From: Nitrospirales bacterium
GTDB lineage: Bacteria; Nitrospirota; Nitrospiria; Nitrospirales; UBA8639
Direction: 5' to 3'
NCBI GenBank assembly: GCA_963555755.3
Contig: OY820905.2
Span: forward strand, 2,304,001 to 2,368,000
DNA length: 64,000 nt
Below are positions 50,839 to 61,413 of this stretch, piece by piece (position 1 is the stretch's first letter; every line of letters begins with the position of its first letter). Below the pieces are notes generated by a model, which saw nothing but the letters and a program-made list of their open reading frames with translations, was not told where the DNA came from and ran no database searches. The position numbers and the translations under genes were made by a program.

Positions 50839-51600
50839 ATGAAATTGAGGAAACGGCCAACCACATGCTCCCTGCTGAAATTGGGGACGTTCACGCTCCT
50901 TCTTGTGACAGCCGGATTCGCCACTCTGCCGGGATGCTCCACCTCAGGAGAACCGCGTTTCGAAGCCCCTCCGACTCTTGCAGAACATGAGGGACCCTCC
51001 AAGCAGCAAACTTCTGTCCTTGTAAATCACAAACAATCAACCCTGTACCAGCACATGTTGATGCAAGGTAATTATTCCGATGCGGCGATTTTGAAAAGTT
51101 TTCAGCATATTCAGCCCCTACAAGCTCCCCCATCTTCTCTATTCACCGATATTTCGGCTCCCTTGATCGTCCAAGCCTCGATCACAAACACGCGGAACCC
51201 ATCACATACCCAAGGACTAACCCCCCAGTTAAGCGCGAACTGGCATGCCCGTGTTGGATGGATGTTGGTGTTGGATGGTAATTATCGAGGTGCTGAAGCC
51301 GCGTATCGGCAGGCTCTCAGGAAGAACCCCAAGTCGGCCAAAGCCAACTTAGGACTTGGGATGGCGTTGAATCTTCAAGGTGATCGTCAGAAGGCGATAT
51401 CAGCTTATGAAAAGGCCATTGCCATTCAGCCTAACTATGCAGCAGCTCTGGTGCACCTGGGCTATGCGTACACCGAAGGGGATACCAAAGGTCAGAATAT
51501 TGCAAAGGCACGCACACTTTTTAAACAAGCCTCAGAGCTGGGAGACCCCTTTGCTATGCTGGCCTTGCTGGACATACAGACACGAAAACCATCCGTCTAA
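50839..51600 (+). CDS. TPR-containing lipoprotein
   Basis: Lipobox-like LPGC; TPR/Sel1 helices (AYRQALRKNPKSAKANLGLG). Confidence 0.8.
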   Translation: MKLRKRPTTCSLLKLGTFTLLLVTAGFATLPGCSTSGEPRFEAPPTLAEHEGPSKQQTSVLVNHKQSTLYQHMLMQGNYSDAAILKSFQHIQPLQAPPSSLFTDISAPLIVQASITNTRNPSHTQGLTPQLSANWHARVGWMLVLDGNYRGAEAAYRQALRKNPKSAKANLGLGMALNLQGDRQKAISAYEKAIAIQPNYAAALVHLGYAYTEGDTKGQNIAKARTLFKQASELGDPFAMLALLDIQTRKPSV

Positions 51601-51780
51601 GGACCTGAGAGAAAATAGCTTGGACAATGTCGCGCCAAGATTTGGGTCGGATTTGGACGGAACGATTGAGAAAAACCCGAGGCATAGCACAGCTATGTTG
51701 AGGGTGCTTCGATTGAGGCCCGTTCAAAGATGGCCCGAAGATTGGATGCGAGATGTCTAAGTTATTTTCTCTCAGGTCCT
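51600..51780. repeat. MITE family C inserted at a stop codon
   Basis: Similar to 26012-26193; TAA at both ends. Confidence 0.9.
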
Positions 51781-51870
51781 AACACACTAAGTTCAAAATA
51801 ATCTGGTCTAAAAACAGTTGCCCTTCTCGTGTCCTGCACCAAGAATTTTTCCCCAGCTTTCTCGCACTGA

Positions 51871-53718
51871 CGGATCTTCCCCCGAGTTTTGGGCGGATTT
51901 TTGGCTCTAACCTTTTGATGTCATTGAAGAAGTCACGGTTTGGGCGAGGCCACGTCTCTGCCTACACATGCACCTTGGCTGGCCGTGTGGTGGTGGCAGG
52001 CGGGGTGATCCCCAATGCGGCAAAGATGGTTGCCTGCCTAGCATCGGGGCGAGCCAGCTGAAGCACCTCCTGCCCGCCGATTGCATGGCGTTGGAAACAC
52101 AATCGTGACAGGGCCCCCAGGGCGTCTTGAAGGGTCAGCGCCTGGGCGCTCTGCTCCGTCGTCCCAAACGCCTCCTTCAGGCCTCGCTCGCCTTCCCGGG
52201 CCACTTTCAGGGCGAGCATCGCGGCAAAGACATGGCCACGCGTGCGGCTCTCCTTCCGCACAAAGATGGGGCGCAGTTCGAGCAAGCCCGTCTTCATCGT
52301 CCGGAAGTCGCGTTCCACCCGTTGCAGGTCCCGGTACCGGGCATCCACCGTCGCGGCATCCATCGTGTCCCGAGCCACATCGGTTTCCAGCACCGAACAG
52401 CCATCCAACAGGGCCGCCTCGGCCTGCTTGGCCTCATCAATCTCGACCACAAGCTGGGTCCCCTGCAGGGCGAGGGTGGTGAAGGCGGAGAGCTTGTGCT
52501 TCTTGGCCCACTGGGTCAGCTGCCGCTGTCCCGCCGCCGGGGTGGCCCGCTTGGCCGTCTGAACAAACGCATTGCGCGCCGCGACCTTCTGCTGCAGTGT
52601 GGCCACTTTGTCCTGACGTCGCGTGGCCACCGTGTGGCGCAACGCCTCATTCCGCCGCAGGATCAGCCGACGAGACCCATCCTCCACTTCCTGTATCGTC
52701 TCATCAAACAAATTGAGTTGGAGCACATCTTTCTTCAGCAAGGTGCGAATCTGCGGGTCAGTGAGGGCGGTGAGGTACTTGAGTCCCTGCTCGGTGAGGG
52801 CCGCCTTGCCTGCGGCTTTCACCATCCCCCGATCCCCCACACACACGACGTCGGTGATCTTGAACTGGGTCTTGATCCGTTCAATCTGCTCGGCGACCGT
52901 GCGGGGATCCGCCGTATTCCCCTTGAACACCGTGACGGCCAGCGGCTCACCATCCGGCCCTGTCAGCAAGCCAATGACAATCTGCTTCTTGTGTTTCTTG
53001 CCGTCCCGGTTATACCCATAGGCGGCCAGTTCATTCTTGTCCCCCTCAAAATAGGAGGAGGTCACGTCATAGAGCACCAAGACCGGGGGCTGGCCGGTCC
53101 GCTGGACATAGGCCCGATACAGTTTCTTCTCGATGGCTTCTTGTTGGGTGCCCAACCAGTCTAAGGCCTCGTACAGGTCATCCTCGTCAAAGGCGGGCAA
53201 TCCCAACACCTCAGCGACCGCATGATCGGTGGCCCACCGCACGGCTGACAGCCGCGAACCCTGATGAGCCACTCGTGCCAGCACCAGGAACAGGGCGAGC
53301 TTGGCTACTCGTTTCGGACCCAAGGCCGACACCACTCCCACCCGTTGGGCCACCGCTTTCAGGGCGAAGAGGACGCCAAAGATCCGATCACTCACGGGGC
53401 CCGCCTCGTCTTCCGTTCCATCGAAATCCCCACGGAGGCAGCGCTTGAGCGCGTCTACGCGAGCCGGAGGCCACGAGGTCAGATTGGCCAGGGTCCGGGT
53501 CTTCACCTTGCCGCCCGCTCGGTAGCTTTCGCGCAATAAAATGGCGGGCGGGGAGGTGCGGTTAGGAACGGTGGCGATATACATGCTTTATGTATAGCAT
53601 AAATAAAGCATTATAGTCAAGATAAAACAACAATTACATGCCTACATTCCAGAGAGCAATCCAATCTTTCCCTGAAGAATTCCAACAGCTTAGGTGGCAA
53701 ACATGGGGGGAAGATCCG
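51871..53718 (-). mobile_element. IS1634-family element, 5-bp DR ACTGA; transposase 51962-53584
   Basis: IRs cggatcttccccc / gggggaagatccg; LLRESYR.GGKVKTRTLANL, YDVTSSYFEG, GYNRDGK, GDRGM, VERDFRTMK. Confidence 0.92.
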
Positions 53719-53799
53719 ACTGATTCAGCGCCAAAATCCAGCACGGATGTTTTTTCACCCTATGGCACCCACCTGCGGGGATCTCCTGACGGACGGACC

Positions 53800-54027
53800 C
53801 TAAGCGCTTAACCGGGCCACCGGAGTCCTGGGTGCCCGTCGATTCGGCTTTCGATTGATGGTTAGGACTTCTGCGAGGCCATGCGCCCGATGTTGGGCAA
53901 TCACCGGATCTAAAATATTGCCACAGGCAACACATCGCATCGCTTTAATCCAAAACTCATCCATGTTGCCTTTAATATCCACGCAATCTTCCACAACCAT
54001 TAATCCTGCACATCGTGTACACCGCAT
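53800..54027 (-). CDS. small Cys-rich hypothetical protein
   Basis: MRCTRCAGLM...RCVACGNILDPVI; RBS aggaggtg. Confidence 0.75.
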   Translation of the reverse strand: MRCTRCAGLMVVEDCVDIKGNMDEFWIKAMRCVACGNILDPVIAQHRAHGLAEVLTINRKPNRRAPRTPVARLSA

Positions 54028-54339
54028 CTCCCACCTCCTGAAAAGAGTTGTTTCCTCCATCTGCCAGCTCTCTTCCAGAGGTTTTGCATCAAGTGTGCCA
54101 GATAAGGATGCCCATTCTCTTCAAAATATTTACAACCAAGATAACCTCATCGCTGCCCCCTCAAACCCTTAATTTAGCAGTAATTCACTGTATTTATCCT
54201 CAAATTGGCCAGGGGCAATCCAATGACAAAATGGGAAAAACATCGACCCTAACCAGTTCTGAGACCTGTCTGAATTCTCGACAGGGTGTAGGAAGTTTTG
54301 ACAGCAAATTAGCGAATTGGACTAAGAAGAAATCATGAG

Positions 54340-55410
54340 CTAGCGAAATGTCACACCAAAGCCTGGAGCATTGGGGGTGCCGGGCGTTTTCCAGACCAAC
54401 ACGTCAAACGTACTGCCAAGCCTGGTAGGACTTGTTAAATGCTCAATTTGGACTAAAAAGTCTTTCGAGTCAGCACCTTGCGGCTGAAACTGGTGAATCC
54501 CTAGGTTCTTTAACCAAATTCCTTGCCAAGCCCGCCCTGCGGCTTCTAATCCAGCTAAACGTGCCGCCGCTTCGAGCGCCGTAAAATCGACATCGGCGGT
54601 GAGATCCTGATCCCCAATATGGTCGAACAGATCATAGGTCTGCTGTTGCTGATAATAACATCGAAGCGACCCATTCCTGCGCGTATAGTGATACAACACT
54701 GACGCCTCATCACCATAATCAATGATCACCAAATACCCTTGAGACATGATAGAAGCCGCCCGTTGGATAAACGAGTCAATTTCTAAACAGACCTCAGCCA
54801 AATGCCCTCGCCCAAGTACCACCCCCTCGGAAACCAGGCGGGATAACAGTTTTGGTGTCGAAGGCTCACCAAACTCCTCGGCAAAACATCCGTTTTGATC
54901 GATCCTCACATACATCTCCCAAAGATCGCCTCGGCCATCCGCCATCACCCGGTGGACCGGCAACGCATCAATAACTTCATTGGCAAACACGAACGACGGG
55001 CCGGGAGCCAGAGCTTCAACACAATCGACCACCCGCAATCCTAAGGCCTCCTGTTTTTGCCGAAGACCAGAACTGGTCTCAACCACCACATACTCATGAG
55101 GACAAGAAAGGTAGGAGAGAATTCTCGCCCCCAATTCGCCGGTCCCTGCTCCAAATTCCACGATACGTAAAGTTTCACCAAGCTTCGCATCAGCTTGCTC
55201 CACCGCTCGCGCCAGACTAAACGCAAAGGCAGGAAACATGGCACTGGTATTAAACGTTCCATCTTGTGAGCCAATCGCAGGGCCTCTCGAATAAAAACCC
55301 AAATCGTGATGAAATAGGGCCTGCTCCATGAATTCCCTAAAGGTTATTGGGCCTTGAGTTTGGATACGCTGCTTAAGAATCCGAGCCAGTTCTGTTTCTT
55401 GCCGTCTCAC
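54340..55410 (-). CDS. SAM-dependent methyltransferase, MidA/NDUFAF7 family
   Basis: GPITFREFM, EFGAGTG, ANEVIDALPVH, IDYG, QDLTADVDF. Confidence 0.88.
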   Translation of the reverse strand: MRRQETELARILKQRIQTQGPITFREFMEQALFHHDLGFYSRGPAIGSQDGTFNTSAMFPAFAFSLARAVEQADAKLGETLRIVEFGAGTGELGARILSYLSCPHEYVVVETSSGLRQKQEALGLRVVDCVEALAPGPSFVFANEVIDALPVHRVMADGRGDLWEMYVRIDQNGCFAEEFGEPSTPKLLSRLVSEGVVLGRGHLAEVCLEIDSFIQRAASIMSQGYLVIIDYGDEASVLYHYTRRNGSLRCYYQQQQTYDLFDHIGDQDLTADVDFTALEAAARLAGLEAAGRAWQGIWLKNLGIHQFQPQGADSKDFLVQIEHLTSPTRLGSTFDVLVWKTPGTPNAPGFGVTFR

Positions 55411-55496
55411 GTTACCCTACCCATCTTTAAGCCCGGAATAAGAACCTGGCTATTTTGTGGTCCCTTCCACCGAAATATTTGCTAAAGATTAGGCAA

Positions 55497-55535
55497 TAAA
55501 AAAAGGAGGCTACCACATGGTAGCCTCCTTTTTTC
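55497..55535 (-). terminator. bidirectional intrinsic terminator
   Basis: aaaaaaggaggctacca-ca-tggtagcctcctttttt. Confidence 0.85.
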
Positions 55536-55561
55536 TCATGTTTCGTCTAACTAAAAATTCC

Positions 55562-55906
55562 TTACTTAATAGAAGTCGCGCCAGCAGGGTTCACGTTCAC
55601 CCGATTCAAGGCACCTTCAATATCCGGCAATTGCCCAGCGCCTGTGGACTTCACTTTCCGCATGTTGTTGGGGTCTGAAGTTCGTTTCATAGCAGCAGCA
55701 TCGGCCGATGAGGCTGCAAGGATTGAAGCACTGGCACCACCCGCACTGGGTTGCCCGGGATCATTGGCGGTGGACTGGCCATCTGGAGATGTTCCTTTTG
55801 CTGGATAGCCAGGATGATCCGGGAGCGTTGCTGGATTAGCAAACGCAACTGTAGCCATAAAGGCAGTACCCGCGAACACGATAAGAAGAAGGCGAATACC
55901 TTTCAT
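55562..55906 (-). CDS. small secreted hypothetical protein
   Basis: Signal peptide ending AFA, LPDHPGYP; RBS aaggag. Confidence 0.8.
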   Translation of the reverse strand: MKGIRLLLIVFAGTAFMATVAFANPATLPDHPGYPAKGTSPDGQSTANDPGQPSAGGASASILAASSADAAAMKRTSDPNNMRKVKSTGAGQLPDIEGALNRVNVNPAGATSIK

Positions 55907-56060
55907 AAGTCCGCTCCTTTGTTAAAACAGGTTATAGCCGATAAAGACGTGGAATATCCGATCCAACTCAGAAAAGAAAGCCGAATTTTATTCATTTTCG
56001 CTAGGGGGTGTCAAGCACCCTCTCGAATAAGGGAATTCGGCCCCAAAGGGGTCAACATTA

Positions 56061-57872
56061 TTAAGCAGGACGCCGAGGCCTTCGTGGTGGCCCGCCCCGC
56101 CGGCGATAAGGAGCTTTTGGGCGAAGTGGGGGGAATCTCAGTTCCACCGTCGTCCCTTCTTCGGGGTGGCTTTCTATGGAAATACGGCCTTGATGCTCTT
56201 GGACAATTTTTTTCACCATGGCCAATCCGAGCCCCGTTCCCGACCATTTCGTCGTAAAATAGGGCTCAAAAACTTTTTCGAGAAGATCTTCAGGGATAGG
56301 AGCACCATCATTAAATATCCGCAGGATGATCTCCGGCTGACCTCCTCGTGACTGCGAGGCGGAGACCCGAAGATGGCCGCCAGGAGACATTGCCTCCAGT
56401 GCATTTTTAAAAATACTTAAAAAGACATGCCGCATTTTATCGATATCCCACCGCACCTGCCCCAAACGGGCAGGAAACTCTTTGGTCACCTCAATGCGGT
56501 TGACTTTTACATCCGTCGTAATCAGCGCGAGAGCCTCGTCAATCACATGGGGGATGCGGCAAGGGCGCCGATCCAGTTCCAGGGGTTTGGCAAAATCCAG
56601 AATTTCATTCAGTAGGCTTTCCATCCGAATCAAATCCCGCATGGCACCTTCCACACGAGTTTGGGATTCGAAATCCAACGACCCCTCACCCGTGACTTCT
56701 TCCAATTGCGCACGAACAAAACCCATGGGCTCCCGAATTTCCGCCGCCAAAAATGAACTGACTTCATTTAAGGCCGATTGGCGTTCCTGACGCCGAATGG
56801 CAGGCTCTGAAGGTTTGGATGCGGAGGAATCGGTTGCAGGTTTTTCGGAGGCTTGTTGAACGGAAAAGACCGAAAGCTGGTAGGCCGGATCGTCAAACAG
56901 TTGTGCCAGTTGGGTGGTAATCGCTTCGAGTTTTCGGGATTCCGATTCTGGGGCTTCGTATTGATCAGCCGTTTTTGACGAAATGGTTACGGTCCCCCCA
57001 ACTCGCCCTCTCACAAAAAACGGGATCACGAGCGTACACCGATATTTATCACGATAGAGTTGTTTGTAATCTTGGAACCGTCCCTGAGTGGACGCTAAAT
57101 TATGATCAATGCGCGGTTTTCGATGGCGAACCGCCCAACCCGAGGCGGATTCATTGAGAGACAGAGTTTGGCCAGGCAAGAGCTCTTTTTTATGCCCCGC
57201 CAGACATCCTAACACCTCCAATGAGGCGGCTAGGGGATCGTACCGCGTGACCCACCCACGATCAAACGAAAGAGTACCCTGAGCTTCGGTCAGCAGGGCC
57301 AACACTTTGTCCTGAACCTGCGGTGAAGTATAACTTCGAGGTTGCCCGGCTTCCGGCTGTAGCTCAACCTTCGGAGCAGACTCCTGTGCGACCTTGGGCC
57401 GATGGAGAATAACCGACCCATCAAACAGATTCGCCTCACGCAACTGCTTGGTAATACTGTCTCGCACTGAATCGATTGACGCACGCTCCTTTTTGGTAAA
57501 AGCACTTCCCCCTCGTTTTCCCAGGACCACCACGCCATACAGCTGCTCTCCATCTTTGAGAGGAACCGCTAGGAGATTTTTTGAACTCGGAGCCACAACC
57601 TGGAGATTGAGGGCCTCTTTGAGATCAGTGCCATTTGCCCGGCCTGAGCTCTTTTCCACATTCCCTTCAGCTCCAGATAATACCCGAAGAACCGCTCGCA
57701 CTTCCCGTTCGGAAAACCCTCGTGTCACCTGAGGAGCAAACGGCCCATCCGTGTGATTCAGGAGGGCGACAGTCGTATCCATCCCTAGCTCATTGACGGC
57801 TGTGGTGAGAATCCGTTGAAGAGTCGTGGGTTTCGAGACTGGAGCGGATTTCGGCGTAGGAGTTTTTCGCAT
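56061..57872 (-). CDS. GAF-GAF histidine-kinase-like protein lacking the H-box histidine
   Basis: Two GAF-like regions; FLAAEIREPM; NALEAM, NDGAPI, FEPYFTTK, GTGLGLA. Confidence 0.85.
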   Translation of the reverse strand: MRKTPTPKSAPVSKPTTLQRILTTAVNELGMDTTVALLNHTDGPFAPQVTRGFSEREVRAVLRVLSGAEGNVEKSSGRANGTDLKEALNLQVVAPSSKNLLAVPLKDGEQLYGVVVLGKRGGSAFTKKERASIDSVRDSITKQLREANLFDGSVILHRPKVAQESAPKVELQPEAGQPRSYTSPQVQDKVLALLTEAQGTLSFDRGWVTRYDPLAASLEVLGCLAGHKKELLPGQTLSLNESASGWAVRHRKPRIDHNLASTQGRFQDYKQLYRDKYRCTLVIPFFVRGRVGGTVTISSKTADQYEAPESESRKLEAITTQLAQLFDDPAYQLSVFSVQQASEKPATDSSASKPSEPAIRRQERQSALNEVSSFLAAEIREPMGFVRAQLEEVTGEGSLDFESQTRVEGAMRDLIRMESLLNEILDFAKPLELDRRPCRIPHVIDEALALITTDVKVNRIEVTKEFPARLGQVRWDIDKMRHVFLSIFKNALEAMSPGGHLRVSASQSRGGQPEIILRIFNDGAPIPEDLLEKVFEPYFTTKWSGTGLGLAMVKKIVQEHQGRISIESHPEEGTTVELRFPPLRPKAPYRRRGGPPRRPRRPA

Positions 57873-58018
57873 GAGTTTCTCAGGGAATGGCTGTTAGGAG
57901 CCTGTCCGAAATTAGACGGATCTACCGCGGATGCGCTGGATTTGGCCAGATCTTCCGATCCTTTTCGTTAAATATTCAGTAACTACTCAGGTCAATTTTC
58001 TATAGCCTGATTTTTTTC

Positions 58019-58047
58019 TGGACTAACGGCTCCACCCATGGCATAAT
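58019..58047 (+). promoter_or_regulatory. sigma70-like promoter, probably giving a leaderless mRNA
   Basis: TGGACT-17 nt-CATAAT then 7 nt to ATG 58055; no RBS. Confidence 0.5.
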
Positions 58048-58054
58048 CGGGGCC

Positions 58055-58942
58055 ATGAATGAAGCGATTACATGTCAAGGTCGTCGCCTCCCCCAATCTG
58101 ATCTGTGCTGGTTACGCCATCTGGTTTGCCGGCACCCTGACTGGAGCCGCCATAAAATAACCCAGCATATTTGTCGGCACTGGGGCTGGCAGACCCCGTC
58201 CGGACAACTGAAAACCTTTGCCGCCCGCAGCATGATCGACAAACTCGAACATCGCGGGCTCCTGAAGCTGCCCCCGATTCGTGTCGCCTCTCGACGCAAC
58301 ATCTTCCCCCCTTTCCGAAAGGGGTTTATGCCTCCCGAAGCCCCGCACATCGACGCAGCTCTCAAGACCCTGACGCCCCTGTCCATTCATATTCCAACCT
58401 CACATTCCTACGAAGCCAGTTGTGTGGGATATTACCTGAGCCACCATCACTACCTCGGGTTCACCCGAACGGTCGGTGAACATCTCAAGTACCTGGTGCG
58501 GGATCGCTCCGGGCAGGATCTGGCCTGCCTCCTCTTCGGTTCCGCCGCCTGGAAAACCACCCCGCGCGACACCTTTATCGGCTGGGAGCCGGACACCCGA
58601 GCCGCCAACCTCAACTTCATGACCAACAATACCCGCTTTCTCATCCTGCCCTGGGTGCGTGTGCCGCATCTGGCCAGCCATCTCCTGGGCCGGGTCATGA
58701 GACGTCTCCGGCAGGACTGGATCGAGAAATACGGCCATCCCGTCCACTTGGTGGAGACCTTTGTGGAGCGAGACCGCTTCAAAGGTATCTGCTATCAGGC
58801 CGCGAACTGGCTCTATGTCGGGCAGACCAAAGGCCGGTCCCGGCAGGACCGTGACAAGGCTCTGCGCGTGCCGGTGAAGGCAATTTATCTCTATCCCCTC
58901 ATCCGCCACTTCCGACAGGCCCTCTGCCGGAGCAAGCCATGA
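58055..58942 (+). CDS. DUF4338 (DruA-like / Mom-related GNAT) protein with N-terminal wHTH-like segment
   Basis: HHYLG, GEHLKYL, AAWK..RD.FIGW, NNTRFLILPW, LASHLL, LVETFV, GICYQAANW..VG.TKG. Confidence 0.88.
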   Translation: MNEAITCQGRRLPQSDLCWLRHLVCRHPDWSRHKITQHICRHWGWQTPSGQLKTFAARSMIDKLEHRGLLKLPPIRVASRRNIFPPFRKGFMPPEAPHIDAALKTLTPLSIHIPTSHSYEASCVGYYLSHHHYLGFTRTVGEHLKYLVRDRSGQDLACLLFGSAAWKTTPRDTFIGWEPDTRAANLNFMTNNTRFLILPWVRVPHLASHLLGRVMRRLRQDWIEKYGHPVHLVETFVERDRFKGICYQAANWLYVGQTKGRSRQDRDKALRVPVKAIYLYPLIRHFRQALCRSKP

Positions 58943-60387
58943 CCTTCACCCGCGACGCACTCCTCATCCTGGCCAAGAGCAACCCCGAGGCGCTCGTCGA
59001 ACTGATCCTGGCGCTGCAGGAACAGGGGCAGGCGCTGACCACGCATGTCACCGAACTGGCACAGCGGCTCGACCAACACAGTCGCAACAGCAGCAAACCG
59101 CCCTCGTCCGATGGACCGGCCAAGCCCCGAACCAAGAGCCTGCGCATACCTTCCGGGAAAAAGCCGGGCGGCCAACAGGGACATGCCGGCCAGACGTTAA
59201 AACAGGTGGAAACCCCAGACCACCTGGTCCACCTGCCTGTTCACTCCTGTTCCTGCCATGCCGACCTCACCAACGAGACGGTCACCGGCTATGAACGCCG
59301 GCAGCTCTTTGAACTGCCGGAGCCAAAACTCGACGTCACCGAATATCGGGGAGCAATCAAAACCTGCCCCCAATGCGGCCGCTCGGTCACGGCGTCATTT
59401 CCTGATGACCTGCCTGCGCCGGCACAGTACGGTCCCAGATTTCGCAGCCTCCTGGTCTACCTCCAGAACCAACAGTTGATCCCCTTACGCCGTGTCAGCC
59501 AGATGATGGCTGATCTGTATGGCGCCTCGGTCAGCGACGCCACCATTGACGAGGCCTCCCGCCGAAGTTATGAGCACCTCGCGCCGTTCGAGACTGCGGT
59601 CAAAGAAGCGCTCGGCAAGAGTCCCATCCTCCATGCCGATGAAAGCGGCGTCCGCACGGCCGGGACGCTCCACTGGCTCCACAGTGCCAGCACGGCCACG
59701 TTGACCTTTTACGGTGTGCACGCCAAACGGGGAAGAGAGGCGATCGAGCAGTTCCAGATCCTCCCGGATTTTGCTGGCCGCCTGATCCACGATTTCTGGA
59801 AACCCTATCTCTCCTATGACTGTGCCCACGGCCTCTGTAACGCCCATCATTTGCGGGAACTCACGTGCCTGTTCGAGCAGCACGAACAACCATGGGCCAA
59901 ACACATGTTTGACCTGTTGCTGACGATGAACGTGTTTGTCAGCAAGCAACTCGCACAGTTAACGGAAGAACAGAAAACCCCCTGGCTGAAACAATACAGG
60001 GATCTTCTCACCCTCGGATGGCAGGCCAACCCCCTTCCGGCACCGCCACAGAAAAAGTCACGAGGCCGGCCCAAAAAGACCAAGGCCCAAAATCTCCTCA
60101 CCCGTCTTGGCGAGCATGAAGCCTCCGTGCTCGCGTTCCTCCATGACAGACAGGTTCCCTTCACTAATAATCTGGCAGAACAGGATATCCGCATGATCAA
60201 GCTCCGCCTCAAAATATCCGGGTGTTTTCGAACGCTTCAAGGCGCGAGGCAGTTCGCCCGCATACGAAGCTACCTTTCTACCGCGAGAAAGCAGGGCGGC
60301 AACATGCTGCAAGCCATTTCACAAGCCATGATCGGCCACCCCTTTATGCCTGCACAATTCACTACAAAGATCATCACACCTGAGTAG
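58939..60387 (+). CDS. IS66 DDE transposase (TnpC-like, ISBst12-type layout)
   Basis: SRNSSKPPSSD, KPGGQQGH, CPQCG, HADESG, CNAHHLREL, FTNNLAEQDIRMIK, RSYLST. Confidence 0.93.
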   Translation: MTFTRDALLILAKSNPEALVELILALQEQGQALTTHVTELAQRLDQHSRNSSKPPSSDGPAKPRTKSLRIPSGKKPGGQQGHAGQTLKQVETPDHLVHLPVHSCSCHADLTNETVTGYERRQLFELPEPKLDVTEYRGAIKTCPQCGRSVTASFPDDLPAPAQYGPRFRSLLVYLQNQQLIPLRRVSQMMADLYGASVSDATIDEASRRSYEHLAPFETAVKEALGKSPILHADESGVRTAGTLHWLHSASTATLTFYGVHAKRGREAIEQFQILPDFAGRLIHDFWKPYLSYDCAHGLCNAHHLRELTCLFEQHEQPWAKHMFDLLLTMNVFVSKQLAQLTEEQKTPWLKQYRDLLTLGWQANPLPAPPQKKSRGRPKKTKAQNLLTRLGEHEASVLAFLHDRQVPFTNNLAEQDIRMIKLRLKISGCFRTLQGARQFARIRSYLSTARKQGGNMLQAISQAMIGHPFMPAQFTTKIITPE

Positions 60388-60511
60388 TTACAATATTCAC
60401 CACTATTCGCCTCAAACGATCGAAACATCTGACTCAAACCAGCTCCCCCTCGTCACGATCGCTAATCTCGGACAGGCTCCTCGCAAAATACAAAAAGCCT
60501 CATCACCACGG

Positions 60512-60670
60512 AGGGTTCGCGCAAGAATACCTTCCCCGGTTTGGGTGCTGAGACACCTGTCTGGCAAGGCGCGAGGACTGCGCATACTCCTCGTATGGAA
60601 AGGACGAGCAACGCCGCCAGGCGGGATGGATCGACGCCCAAACCGGGGAAGGTATTCTTGCGCGAACCCT
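60512..60670 (+). repeat. MITE family B, intact
   Basis: Perfect TIR agggttcgcgcaagaataccttccccggtttggg. Confidence 0.9.
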
Positions 60671-60751
60671 AAGGTGACCACGACTTTTTGTATTTCACCA
60701 TGCACGCCAATATCTTACACGTCTTATTTGCGCCCAACTGCCGTATCTAGG

Positions 60752-60843
60752 TTGAATAGTCCCACTATTCGCCTCAAACGATCGAAACATCTGACTCAAA
60801 CCCGCACATCCTCGCGACGATCGCTAATCTCGGACAGGCTCCT
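60752..60843. repeat. MITE family F, right half
   Basis: ccactattcgcctcaaacgatcg...ctcggacaggctcct as at 60400-60481. Confidence 0.82.
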
Positions 60844-60873
60844 AGCGGATTGTAACGGCGTGTTAGGGTTATT

Positions 60874-61275
60874 TCAATTGATATGACGAATTTTTCTTTC
60901 CCGAGGCTGAGACATGGCCATTTCGACCTGTCCCCGTTCAGACACAAACATATTCATGACCCCACTGACCAGGCTAATGATCACCGCTCCACCCACAGCC
61001 GGCCAAAAGCCAGCGACATGGAAGCCCTTGACTAAAAACGACACCACACCCAACAGAAACCCGTTGATCACCAGCATGAACAATCCCAAGGTGACCAAGA
61101 TAAACGGGGCGGAAAGCAAATACAGAATGGGTCGAACGAGGGCATTCAGAATAGCAAGGACCATCACACCAACAATACCCGAGGCCAGCGAGTCAATCCG
61201 TATACCGGGAATGATTTCACTCGCGACCAACACCGCCACTCCGGTGACAATGACTCGTAGAATAAATCCTCTCAC
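60874..61275 (-). CDS. YvlD/DUF360 4-TM membrane protein (holin superfamily IV-like)
   Basis: IPGIRI, LNALVRPIL, LVTLGLF.LVING, GFWPA. Confidence 0.85.
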   Translation of the reverse strand: MRGFILRVIVTGVAVLVASEIIPGIRIDSLASGIVGVMVLAILNALVRPILYLLSAPFILVTLGLFMLVINGFLLGVVSFLVKGFHVAGFWPAVGGAVIISLVSGVMNMFVSERGQVEMAMSQPRERKIRHIN

Positions 61276-61413
61276 GGGTTGCCTGCACTCCTCTTTTCAA
61301 AACGCTCATGAAACCCTGGGCATGAGTTTCTATGGTCCTGCTCATCTTACCCAGGCCCGCACCTTCCCACAAGCATGAAGTTGGTGAAAATCAACCCCTC
61401 GGCCTCGGAAACA

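Larger units (their letters stand above)
57979..60391 (+). mobile_element. IS66-family element with DUF4338 passenger, 8-bp DR AATATTCA
   Basis: IRs gtaactactcagg / cctgagtagttac; DR at 57971-57978 and 60392-60399. Confidence 0.93.
57896..60481. repeat. MITE family F split by the IS66-type element (halves 57896-57978 and 60400-60481)
   Basis: TIR aggagcctgtccgaaattag / ctaatctcggacaggctcct. Confidence 0.82.

Noticed and set aside
52127..53164. Long antisense ORFs over transposases (also 15822-16676, 3383-4078, 17518-18174)
   Set aside because: Shadow frames of GC-rich IS genes with no recognisable motifs.
58055..58942. Druantia anti-phage system
   Set aside because: Only a DUF4338 gene is present, inside IS boundaries; no DruE-like helicase or other partners.
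60874..61275. Prophage lysis gene
   Set aside because: The YvlD/DUF360 family is commonly chromosomal; no phage genes nearby.
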